DNA of 64,000 nt from Octopus sinensis (taxonomy: Eukaryota), in contig NC_043000.1 in NCBI RefSeq assembly GCF_006345805.1, positions 23,498,001-23,562,000 on the forward strand, in the 5' to 3' direction. Shown here one piece after another: positions 24,729 to 36,950 of the stretch. The notes beneath the pieces are model-generated. The model searched no databases. It saw only the letters and a program-made list of their open reading frames with translations, and was not told where the DNA came from. Both the position numbers and the translations under genes were made by a program. Within the stretch, counting starts at the first letter, position 1. Every line of letters begins with the position of its first letter.

Positions 24729-25100
24729 ACTCTTTACTCTTTTACTTGTTTCAGTCATTTGACTGCGGCCATGCTGGAGCACCACCTTTAGTCGAGCAAA
24801 TCAACCCCAGGACTTATCCTTTGGAAGCCTAGTACTTATTCTATTGGTCTCTTTTGCTGAACCGCTAAGTTACGGGGACGTAAACACACTACCATCGGTT
24901 GTCAAGTGATATTGGGGAGACAAACACACAAACATATACATATATACGATGGGCTTCTTTCACTTTCCGTCTACCAAATCCACTCACAAGGCTTTGGTTG
25001 GCCCGAGGTTATAGTAGAAGACACTTGCCCAAGGTGCCATGCAGTGGGACTGAACACAGAACCATGTAGTAAGCAAGCTACTTACCACACAACCACTCCT
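24729..25100 (-). mobile_element. Family A SINE, full length
   Basis: Family A consensus features at both ends. Confidence 0.9.
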
Positions 25101-25934
25101 ACATCTATAAGTCACATTGTTTTGGATTAATCAATGCATTACCTCACGGCTCCAAAACCTTGATGTGATTATTTTTAGAATGACATTGTAGGATAGGTAT
25201 GAGAGGCCAGATCTGGCCAGTTTGAACATAAAACAGGTAGAATATTTGGGTCACATATGGCTGGCTTAAATGCAAAAGGGTTAATGATTTATTTTACTAA
25301 ATTCTTTGTTATTTTCAAAATTAATTCAAACAAAAGCAGAGCCTTTCAACAGAAACTTGAGAACAAAAGTGGTAAAAAGCTGATTTGACATTTTGAACAA
25401 AAAACTATTTTGGTTGGCAACCGGGAACCGACAGGAACTAAATGCATTTTAAAAATATTAATGTGAACTTTTTGTTAAGACACCTAATTCCGAAGATTAG
25501 GAATTGCATTCAATTTTTGTTTGTAAAGAGAGAGGTCTGTGCTTTACACACCTGCTTGCTGTTGCTATCTGTTAATGAGGTAGAGCTGAAATACCATAAA
25601 ACATTTCTACTATTGAGAATTTACTTTGGCACAAACCCAGCTGCTGATTTCAATTGTAACAAGATATCGGGGGAAAACATTTGTATAATGTCTTTTGAAT
25701 AAATTATTATTACAATTTAGAGTTCTTTCCTTGTACTGCGTTTGTGGCTGCTATTGGCAATTTGTATAGATGAAAGAGAAAGTGTTTAGCATTGACAAAT
25801 TCATGGTGTTAGGCTTTTAGTATATATTATGCAAAAACAAACACTTTTACACAATAACTAGCCGAGTTGTACTTGTTTTCTGAGTGATTAACTGGTCATG
25901 CATATCGTTCTCTTTGATATATATATATATATTG

Positions 25935-26290
25935 TTTTATTCTTTTAATTGTTTCAGTCATTTGACAGTGGCCATGCTGGGGCACTGCCTTTAGTTGAAC
26001 AAGTCGATCCCAGGACTTATTCTTTGTAAGCCTAGTATTTATTCTACTGGTCTCTTTTGTGGAACTGCTCATTTACAGGGATGCAAACACACCAACATCA
26101 GTTATATATACATATATATATATATACACACACATACACGAGATTCTTTCAGTTTCCATCTACCAAATCCACTCACAAGGCATTGGTCGGCCTGAGGCTA
26201 TAGTAGAAGACAGTCGCCCAAGGCGCCACGCAGTGGGACTGAACCCAGAACCATGTGGTTGGGAAGCAAGCTTCTTACCACACAGCCACT

Positions 26291-26292
<2 letters not shown>
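25935..26292 (-). mobile_element. Family A SINE
   Basis: Family A consensus features. Confidence 0.88.
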
Positions 26293-26338
<46 letters not shown>

Positions 26339-26369
26339 ATATTTTCTATCCTTGTTTCTTTCTGTGTTC

Positions 26370-26405
26370 CTTTCTGTCGAAGAGCATAGGCTCGAAACGT
26401 AAAAG
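26370..26405 (+). ncRNA. Minimal (Penelope-type) hammerhead ribozyme motif, A6U variant
   Basis: cttt-CTGTCGA-a-gagc(atag)gctc-GAAAC-GTA-aaag: helix I cttt/aaag, 4-bp helix II, palindromic ACGT in place of helix III, predicted cleavage after 26401. Confidence 0.7.
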
Positions 26406-26871
26406 ACTTTCTCACTTCCCGAGTGTTAAACTAATACATCTGTTTGTTGTTTACACACCCGTCTTCATCTTTTATTTTTTTGTAAATTCTCACAAAATAA
26501 AGTACTAGAATATATATGTATAACATTTTGTGAATAACAGTATTTATTGATTACAGGTTTTGAACAGGCCAACTGCATGCTCACTGCATTTTCAATGTTG
26601 AGGGTGACAAGGGAGAAACTGATTAACTGGAAAAAAAGAAATTCACAGAAGAAATGATTTCTGAGAAAGCTATCAAACTGGGGCTTTCAAACACAGTTTA
26701 TACCATCAAGGGGAACAATAACTTCAGATAAGAACTTTGTGGAACTGTTAGAATGTGGGACAGAAACACCTTGCTGTAATTGTTTTACCCTTTATCAGGC
26801 AATGATATTGGTGTCAATTGGGACCAGCATTTGCATTTTTTTTCTTGGATAATATCGATGACAGTTATGAT

Positions 26872-27273
26872 ACTCTTTTACTCTTTTCAGTCATGTGACT
26901 GTGGCCATGCTGGAGCACCGCCTTTAGTCGAGCAAATCGACCCCAGGACTTATTCTTTGTAAGCCTAGTACTTATTCTATCGGCCTCTTTCGCCGAACCG
27001 CTAAGTTGTCATCGGTTGTCAAGCGATGTTGGGGGGACAAACACAAACACATACATATATATATATATATGTGACCGCGTGAGTACCGTTGGCGATTTTT
27101 TTCCCTCTGTCTTCCCTTCTATGGATCTTTTCTTCTCCTATATTTCTGACGAAGAGCTCTGCTCAAAACGTTAAACCCTCCTTCTTCCCTTCCTTCCTGA
27201 GCATCCAATAATACTATATTTGTTCCACGTCTTCGCATTGTTGTGTTTTCTCTTTGTGTTTTCATGTTTGGAT

Positions 27274-27323
<50 letters not shown>

Positions 27324-27487
27324 CACAATGGGCTTCTTTCAGTTTCTGTCTACCAAATCCACTCACAAGGCTTTGGTCGGCCCGAGGCTATAGTAGAAGA
27401 CACTTGCCCAAGGTGCGACGCAGTGGGTTTGAACCCGGAACCATGTGGTTGGTAAGCAAGCTACTTACCACACAGCCATTCCTACGC
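26872..27487 (-). mobile_element. Family A SINE carrying an insertion of about 200 bp (27072-27276) in its central (TA)n
   Basis: The A halves flank a foreign segment bounded by (TA)n on both sides. Confidence 0.85.
27143..27175 (+). ncRNA. Minimal hammerhead ribozyme motif, G12A variant
   Basis: ttt-CTGACGA-a-gagc(tct)gctc-AAAAC-GTT-aaa. Confidence 0.62.
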
Positions 27488-27509
27488 CTATAGACCAATA
27501 ATAACAATA

Positions 27510-27721
27510 AAGTAACTGGCGGCTCCTCGGTCGTTCTGTCCCTGCGTCTGCAGACAATCTGCGGCAAACAGGATGTCCCTACATGCGGTATTGTTGAGGA
27601 CCACTTGTGAAATCCACATATTCCCACAAAACTTCTTCCAACTTCTTCGAGATGCCTCGAGGGTGGTAGAAGAAGCCGACTCAACCCACCCAGGGTGAAT
27701 GTCGCCACAAGTACAAGTACA
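27510..27721 (+). mobile_element. GC/CpG-rich retroposon fragment with (CAAGTA)n tail
   Basis: Ends ...gactcaacccacccagggtgaatgtcgccacaagtacaagtaca, a terminus shared with the minus-strand element at 5465. Confidence 0.55.
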
Positions 27722-28771
27722 TTGATGAGTGGAATAGAAGTTATAAGGCAATTCCTTTAAATAATCTGCAAATTCTTAAAGTATTAAAGCCCATCTTACT
27801 TACTGGGACAACAGATGTAACACTATTTGCGGAAAAACACATACTGAAACAATGAAAAGGTCAAACACTAGTAAAAACAAAACAAAAGAATTAGTAAACC
27901 TTAGTACTTAGTTAATCTTTGATTAAATGCTCATTAGGTGCCATGTGAATATCTGACCCAGCTTTTTATCTAGCCACACACAGAGATGTTTAATTGAATA
28001 GCTATCAGAATGAAATATTTAGATAACGAAAAAACTTGAATGATTGTAACAAAATAGTAAGAACAGCTTTCATTAACTAACATACAAATGGCATTCCACA
28101 CATAAACAATGTGTGTGTATGTGTAATTTAATTTGATTGCAACCAGTTGGCTCCGGTCATGTTGAAGCACTACCATTGACTGTGTGTAGGTGTAGGTGGG
28201 TGTTAAGATACAGTTAAGTGCATGATGTTATTAAAATTCTTAATAAAGAACATTATCTTACCAAGACAACACAAGGTTTGGAATGTAGTTGATGGACGTA
28301 CTCTATCATAGAAGACTTGGCAAGGAGTATTCAGGACAGATCTGAGAACATTAGACTTTACAGATGAGATGACAATGGATTATGATGTATTAAGAGATAC
28401 TATATACCCAGTGTGAGTAGACAGTAGTTAATCATGAGGATAACAGTGAAAAGAGCCTGTTCAGAAGGAATCTTACTTTATATATATATATATATATAGC
28501 TAAAAGAAGAGAAGAAAATGAAGATAAGGAAGTTAACAATTATTTATTTTTAACAAATTGGTCATCTTTGCTTCTTAAAGTTGTTTCAATTAATAAGAAG
28601 CAACCATTCCTTCACAAGGTTAACACATACTCTAATTAAATTTATATATGACCAAGATTGGAGCCTGGTGCAGCCATCTGGTTCCCCAGTCGTCAGTCAA
28701 ATCGTCCAACCCATGGTAGCATGGAAAGCGGACGTTAAAAGATGATGATGATGATATATATATATAGATAT

Positions 28772-28845
<74 letters not shown>

Positions 28846-29843
28846 ATGCCTTGACATAGTACACTTTATCAGATAATTTCAATTCAGTGTTTAGATCAAC
28901 GGTTCACAACTGGGGTTCATATGGCCCTTGTAGGTCCTTAAGAAATTTTGTTAAAATTTATGTGCAAATAATTGGCTATACTTCCACACTACACAAAATA
29001 TTTTAATTTTTTTTAGCAATTCCTAATAATATTTAATTATAAAGATATATAAGATCTTTAAATGCCCTTCCTATTACCTACCCTCACCTGTTTCCAAGAA
29101 AGGTAGACTAGGCACAACAAAGGATTTGAAACAAAAAGACAGTGACACTGTCATGGAAAGTCAAGGCAAGTAGACAATAACACTGAGAGGGAGGGAATTA
29201 GGAATGAACGGATATACATATACAATGAGCTCCTTCCAGTTTCTGCCTACCAAATCCATCCACAAGGCTTTAGTAGGCCTGGGGTTACGGTAGAAGACAC
29301 ATGCCCAAGGTGACACACAGTGGGACTGAACCTGGTACCATTTGGTTGGGAAGCAATCTTCTTATCACATAATATTCTTTTATTTTTTTTACTTGTTTCA
29401 GTCATTTGACTGTAGCCATGCTGGAGCACTGCCTTTAGTCGAACAAATTGACCCCAGGACTTATTCTTTGTAAGCCTAGCACTTATTCTATTGATCTTTT
29501 TTGTCGAACCATTAAGTTACAGGGACATAAATAAACCAACATCAGTTGTCAAGCGATGGTGGGGAACAAACACAGACACAAATATATATATATATATATA
29601 TATTTAAAAATAGGATAAAATCTTTATGAGAATTTATCAAGTAGTTAGTGTGAAAAATCTCAAGAGAAAAATTTATTAATTATTCCCTTTAAATATATTT
29701 ATTTATATTAAGGGCATTACTATACATAAATGCCTCATGCTAGGAGGGACTTCAGCTCGCTTCGGGAATTGCATTCCATCACGTTTGGTACGTGCTTATA
29801 ATGGTAGTTTTGACTTTTATGTATAGTAATGCCCTTAATATAA

Positions 29844-29895
<52 letters not shown>

Positions 29896-30602
29896 GACAG
29901 ATTCTTTCAGTTTCCATCTACCAAATCCACTCACAAGGATTGGTCAGCCCGAGGCTATAGTAGAAGACAGTCGCCCAAGGTGCTATGCAGTGGGACTGAA
30001 CCTGGAACCATGTGGTTGGGGAGCAAGCTTCTTACCACACAACAGTCACTCCTGCATCTATATATTCATATTCAATGCTATTGGCTTGTTTAATTTATTC
30101 TCCTTAGCTCAATTTTATTCAATATTGTACAATTTATACTGCCAACCTCAAGTCTCTGTGAAAAGTATGTTAATGAGGCCTAATAAGACTGAAACCTCTC
30201 TGTTGCTGTCACGAGATCTAAATACACGTGGATAATTCAGGCAAAGGTCGTTAATTACAAGGGAGATAACCATCCCCTCATAAAGTGTGATGAGATTTAA
30301 ATTTCTAAAATTAATTTCTTTTAATTATCTCCCCTTTTCTATGTGAGTCACAAAGAGAGAAATTTTAATTCATTAAAATCTTTTGGCATAAACCATTCAG
30401 TATATTACCGTATGGTTAACAACACTTGACATTACAAGTGGATGACTACTCGACAATGTGTCAAGTATATACGAGATGACTTGCAGGAGATGTCAAGAAG
30501 TCACTAAGTGATCCTGTCTCCCTTTTATGTCAGCTCATGTCATTCATCATCATCAGTCATTGCTGCTGATGCCACTACAAACATCCACAACTGATTCTAG
30601 AA

Positions 30603-30970
30603 ATCATCATCATCGTTTAACATCCGTCTTCCATGCTAGCATGGGTTGGACAGTTCGACCGGGGCCTGGGAAGCCAGGAGGCTGCGCCAAACTCCAGTCT
30701 GATCTGGCAGTGTTTCTACAGCTGGATGCCCTTCCTAACGCCAACCACTCCGTGAGTGTAGTGGGTGCTTTTTACGTGCCACTAGCACAGGTGCCAGGAG
30801 AGGCTGGCAGCAGCCATGATCGGCTGGTGCTTTTTACGTGCCACCGGCATGAAAGCCAGTCGAGGCAGAACTGGCAACGGCCATGTTCAGATGGTGCTTT
30901 TTACGTGCCACCTGCACAGGTATCACAACTACAATTTCCATTGACTTTTTGATCGATTTCGATTTCAGAA
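30603..30970 (-). mobile_element. Family C SINE-like retroposon
   Basis: Family C signature with three internal ggtgctttttacgtgcc units. Confidence 0.9.
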
Positions 30971-30973
30971 ATA

Positions 30974-32021
30974 TCTTTATATACATAAAATTGAGAATGT
31001 GTGTCTGTCTGTGTGTTTCCCTAAAACTTGAGAACTACACAACCAATTTCATTCAAATTTCACACATGCCTTACTTAGGGTCCGGGGAGTGTCATCGGCA
31101 AAAAAAATGTTTTTTAACTTTTTGCCTAGGGCGAGCCCACAGTAATATCATATCTTCTCCACAACAATTCCCTAAAACTTGAGAACTACACAACCAATTC
31201 CATTCAAATTTTACACATGCCTTACTTAGGGTCCATGTAGTTTCATGGGCAAAAAAAAAATGTTCAACTTCTTGCCTAGAGCGAGCCCATAGCAATATCA
31301 TACCTTCTCCACTATTTCAGTATTATGTGTTAAAAGTGAAACAAAAACGTTTCTCTATTTTATGTCAGATACTTTCACTTTAACAATAAAAATAATAACA
31401 ATTGAATTATATGTAGTAAGTAATAATTAAAATCAAACTAAAGTATAATATAATCGTAACATAACAAAAGTAAAAATAGCAATTGGTATAAAATTGCATC
31501 AATGACTTGAACTTGAATAAGTGGTTTCACATGAATGGGAATAAATTAAAAATAAAATTAGCGTGCAGAAATGAAATAGTCCAGATGGTTAATAAAAAAT
31601 TCGCAACAGAAGCAAGATTTGAGTCAACGGAGCGTGCAAGGGAGTACTCGACTTGAACTTGCAAAGTGGAAATATTTTATTTTTACCTTTATATCTGGGA
31701 CGTAGGACACCCCGGAAAAAAATTTAAAATGCCCCCCCCCCTCCTCCCAGAAGTAGAGGTAGGCTGGATTGTAGCCACAGTTCTATACAAGAGGGAGGAC
31801 AAGATACAATTGATCGAAATTACAAGAGATGGGCTAACAATTCCAGTCTGTTATATATTTTGAGTATTGTTATCACTAGCGATATCAAGATATAACTTTG
31901 TATTTTGTATTTTATGTGTAGATGTATATATATAGATGTACATGTAATATGTACATATATATATACACATATATACATGCACTAGCACTATGACCCGGCA
32001 ACGACGGGTCTTTAATGCTAG
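30974..32021 (+). mobile_element. Non-autonomous Helitron (about 1.05 kb)
   Basis: A|TCtttatatacataaaa 5' end; 3' hairpin gacccg-gcaacga-cgggtc (31992-32010) followed by CTAG|T (32018-32021); no TSD; internal duplication of about 160 bp (about 31018-31312). Confidence 0.85.
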
Positions 32022-32366
32022 TTTATTATAAAACCATTGTGTCTGTATTTAATAGTAACTTTAGTTGCTTCTGCAGTTATTACATAGGCATTAAACTAGG
32101 TATTTTCAAGCCAAGACAGGCAGTGATATTAACATTGATTTCAATCCATGTAAGCATGGAGAACAGGTGTTAAATGACAATGATGAATCCAAAGAAGAAT
32201 TGAAATTTGGTTATAGAGATGATTTTCAAGAATTCCCTGTTGCCCTCTAGCAGCCATGGCAAATTGTTAGTAGAACACTGTAATTTTAAATGTACAAAAT
32301 GGTAAGCTGGTTTTAGACCAGGAATTAGATACTATGAAATATAGCAGCACTAATGTTGTTACTGCA

Positions 32367-32694
32367 GAGAGACCCCCTTCAGTCACAAATGACCAAGGGA
32401 TCGCACCTAGAAAGTTACCCTCCGAGGGACGAGTCCAGGCAAAGTTGTTTATAAAAGACCAGCAGTCGCCCATGCATACCAGCCTTCACTCTCCATGCCA
32501 CCGATGTCATCCAAGGGAAAGGCAAAGGCCGATACAGCTTGGCATCAGTGACGTCGCAACTGAGTGAACTGGAGCAATGTGAAATAAAGTGTTTTGCTCA
32601 AGAACACAACACGCAGCCCGGTCTGGAATTCGATCTCACAACCTCACGGTTGTAAGCTCGACGCTCTAACTACTGAGCCATGCGCCTTCATGCA
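32367..32694 (-). mobile_element. Family E tRNA-derived SINE, 10-bp TSD
   Basis: Head gaaggcgcatggctcagtagttagagcgtcgagc...gagatcgaattcc; TSD tgttactgca at 32357-32366 and 32695-32704. Confidence 0.82.
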
Positions 32695-33639
32695 TGTTAC
32701 TGCAAACATAATATATTGTTGTTACTGCACACATAATATATTGAAGATTTGATGTAGATTTTGGATTAAATAGCTGCCAAGTACTATTTGGTCACGAAAC
32801 ATAACACCTACCATGAAGTAAGTTACCTTTGGTTAACAATTCAAAGACTCTGCTAATTACTCTTTTCTGGTCAATTTGAAATGTCAGGAAATTGGCCTTA
32901 ATAATGAACCAGAATAAGGTTTCTAGTTGTAGAAAGCAAACAAAAATGTCATAAACTAATTACAGAGCTATGTAATAAACCAATGGAATTCCCAATTAAT
33001 CAAATAATTCCAGTAATTCTATGTTTTCATGAAACCAAAGTTGTCAGCACACACACCACAATCATCATCATTGTTTAATGTCCATTTTCCATGGGTTGGA
33101 TGTTTTGACTGAGGTCTGGAGAGCCAGCGGCTGCACCAGGCTCCAATCTGATCTGGCAATGTTTCTGCAGCTGGATGCCCTTCCTAACGTTAACCACTCT
33201 GAGAGTGAAGTGGGTGCTCTTTATGTGCCACCGGCATGGGAGCCAGTCAGGCAGGCCTGGCATCAAACTCGTTCAGATAGCATCTCAAAGTTTTGATCAA
33301 AGCTTTGGTAAGAGCCTGCTGTCTTTCTGTGGAGACATCACAATTATTTCTTTATAGCAATAACAATAATCTTTGCTACTTCACTAACAAACGTATTACA
33401 TAATTATCTTTTTAATGGCCACTTTTCCATGCTTACATGGCTCCGATGAAACTTTGGTTGAAGCAGATTTTCTACAGCCAGGAGCTCTTGCTGGTGCCAA
33501 CCCTTACTTATTTCCAGATATTATTCCCAGCAGTATCAATCAACAACCATCTTGGATGCACTTTTATAAAGGATTGTTAACAAATGATGGAATTTGACTG
33601 AAAAGTGACTTGTTTGGGAAAAGTGTGAATAGGTGCATG

Positions 33640-33975
33640 TGTGGCTGTATGGTAAGAAGTTTGCTTCCCAACCACGTGGTTCTGGGTTCAGTTCCACTGC
33701 ATGCACCTTGGGCAAGTGTCTTCTACTTTAGTCTTGAGCCAACCAAAGCTTTGTAAGTGGATGTGATAGACAGAAACTGAAAGAAGCCTATCGTGTGTGT
33801 GTGTGTGTGCAGGTATGAGTTTGTTCCCCAGCATTGACAGCCAGTATTGGTACATTTACATTCCTATAACTTAGTGGTTCAGCAAAACAGACCAACTGAA
33901 TAAGTACCAAGCTTAAAAAATGCATTGGTACTCCAGCATGGACACAGTCTAATGACTGAAACAAGTAAAAAGGGT
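33640..33975 (+). mobile_element. Older family A SINE
   Basis: Diverged family A features. Confidence 0.75.
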
Positions 33976-36104
33976 TTAAAAAAAAAGAAAAAAAGGATGC
34001 TAAACAAGAGGAATATACACTCAAGTGCACACACACAATTATATAATGGGCTTCTTCCTGCTTCCATCTAGCAAATTCCATTTATGAGGCACAGATCAAG
34101 CTGCAGATACACAAGACATCATCTGACAGTATACACACAGGAAGAATCTCCTAATGCAATAATGAGCATATTGTTTTTATATATATATTTTGCCCAGAAT
34201 CATGCCGGACGTGGAGGAAGGGAGAAAATAGTAATTCAGTGAAGGAGAAGTAGTGAGAGTAATAGCCCTGACTGAGGGGGAGTGAGAGAAAGGAAGGTGT
34301 GATAGGTGAATAAGGAAGGAAGGTGAGAAATCAGCGTTTCAACTCTGTGAGTATATGTGTACGTGTACAAGGGAAGTAAGTGAATGTTTGTATGTGTGAT
34401 TATTATGTACCTTATTTATATATAAAATACCACAATTAGCTGTCATTATTGATGGCACATGGTCAGCTAGTGAATTATAAGCCATATAGTTCAGAAGAGA
34501 ACTAATTAACCATATAGCATGTCTATGCTTATGTTTATGTTTTAATCATCTATACCATTAAAGAACAATTTGATCAGACTTGTTCAAATATATAAAAATA
34601 GTTTAAATTGAATGTTCACAAAAATACCAAATAATGAGAAAACTATTCTAATTAGTGACAAAATGGTTAGTTTGTATGATAAATATTCTTTATCTGTGGG
34701 TTAAACAAAGCTACCATTAATTTCATCCTAAGAGAAATCTCTCAACAATTATCAAGCCTGCCATATGGAACATTGGTACTCATCCCCCACTTCAGCATGA
34801 AACCAATGGTAACCTTATTAACCTATAAATAAAGTGTGTGTGTGTGTGTGTGTGTGTGTGTCACTGTTCAGTTTTATTTCAAGATTTCTTGCTAATAAAG
34901 AAAGAGCCAGTTTCTAACCTACATCCAAGGATCTAGAAATTTCAACATCAACAACAGGGCATTTTTGTATGTATGTAAGTATATGTGCAGATTAGTATGT
35001 TTTGTTTTATGTATGTATTCTCATGCATATAGTTGCATATCTAGACATGCTCATATATACTTAAATGATAAAATTCTGGAAAGTTTTACAGACTTTTACA
35101 GTTCCAGTGATGGATTGGATCTGTAATCTTCGAATCAGCTTTCTACTTTCTGGTTTTGAGATGCCTAATTTCTCAAGACTGGTATTTAGGCAGAGTGTTA
35201 GATAGCTCAGTGCCCCAATAATTACAGATATAAAACCTGAACTTGTAATATGTATGTATGTATGTGTGTATGTGTATGTGTGTATATAGGCCTGTGCCTA
35301 TAGAGAGAATTCTTTGTTCCACGTGAGTGGCTACAAGAGTCCATTGTGTCGTTCCTTTATTATCCACTGTAAAACTGATTAAACATTTTAATTTTCAAAT
35401 AATTCTTGGTGGTAAGATGTTTTTATGCTCCAGGTCAGCACTGATTGAACAGATCAATAATCAAAGATATTATTCCAGCCATGACTATCTTGTCTTTTTT
35501 GTATATCAAGAATAGTATCTATAGTGTTCTTTTAAGGCAGTAGGGAATAATTTGAGAGAACTTAGAAGCTATTTCTAGCAAGTCAAGAAACATTGCTTCA
35601 TTGGTCCATGCTATGAAAGCAGACTGTAAACATGTGTTAGCAAATTAATCAGTGGTATAAAAATTTTTAAAAATATTCTTATAAAGGTGGTGCTCTAGCA
35701 TGGCCGCAGTCAAATGTCTGAAACAAGTAAAAGAATACTAAGCAAAAAGTCCTGTTGCTGTTGTCTCTGCTCCTTACACTATTTGGGTTTTGGTGTACCT
35801 CAGTCAGTAGTTGACCCTTTCACCTGTATAAATTTCTATAACATATTATGTGGACCTTCACACACACATACACACAGAACAGCTGTAGTCTATTGAACTG
35901 AATATAATAAATTCAGATTACGATGAACATAAACAAACAAACGAAGTTTGCTTTAGAAGCGTTGAGATGTCTCAGAAAGTTAAAGAAGTGATTTTTAAAT
36001 TCTCAAACACAGGATAATGCTAATAATATACCCTGAACAGGATAAACTTATTTTGCAGAAAAAAGTGTTGGTGGGATAAAAATTTGGCAGGAATTGAACC
36101 TAGT

Positions 36105-36410
36105 TATCATCATCATCGCTTAACATCCGTTTTCTGTGCTAGCACGGGTTGGACTGTTCGACTGGAGTCTGGGAAGCCAGGAGGCTACACCAGGGTCCAG
36201 TCTGATCTGGCAGTGTTTCTACAGCTCAATGCCCTTCCTAACACCAACCACTCCGTGAGTATAGTGGGTGCTTTTTACGTGCCACTGGCACAGGTACCAG
36301 GGGAAGCTGGCAGTGGCCATGATTGGTTGGTGCTTTTTACATGCCACCGGCACAGAAGCCAGTCAAGGCGGCACTGGCATCGGCCATGTTTGGATGGTGC
36401 TTTTTCATTA
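36105..36410 (-). mobile_element. Family C SINE-like retroposon
   Basis: Family C signature. Confidence 0.88.
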
Positions 36411-36559
36411 ACGAAATTAGTTACTGCCAGTGTGTTACCATCTGTGCCACCTTTATAGACCTGATAATAATATCACAATAAATTGCATTAATGCAATAAT
36501 GATAATTTCAAATTTTGGCACAAGGCCAGTAATTTTAGGGAGTTGGGGTTAATTGCATA

Positions 36560-36950
36560 CTCTTTTGCTTGTTTCAGTCATCTGACTGCGGCCATGCTGG
36601 GGCACAGCCTTTAGTCGAGCAAATCGACCCCAGGACTTATTCTTTGTAAGCCCAGTACTTATTCTATCGGTCTCTTATGCCGAACCGCTAAGTTATGGGG
36701 ACGTAAACACACCACCATTGCTTGTCAAGCAATGCTGGTGGGGAACAAACACAGATATACAAACATATACACACCCATACATATATATGACAGGTTTCTT
36801 TCAGTTTCCATCTACCAAAACCACTCACAAGGCTTTGGTCGGTCCAAGGCTATAGTAGAAGACACTTGCCCAAGGTGTCATGCAGTGGGACTGAACCCAG
36901 AAGCATGTGGTTGGTAGGCAAGCTGCTTACCACAGAGCCACTCCTGCACC
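36560..36950 (-). mobile_element. Family A SINE
   Basis: Family A consensus features. Confidence 0.88.

Noticed and set aside
34865-35245. Possible TIR element (gttcagttttatttc…gatataaaacctgaac)
   Set aside because: The inverted match is short and imperfect and no TSD could be verified.
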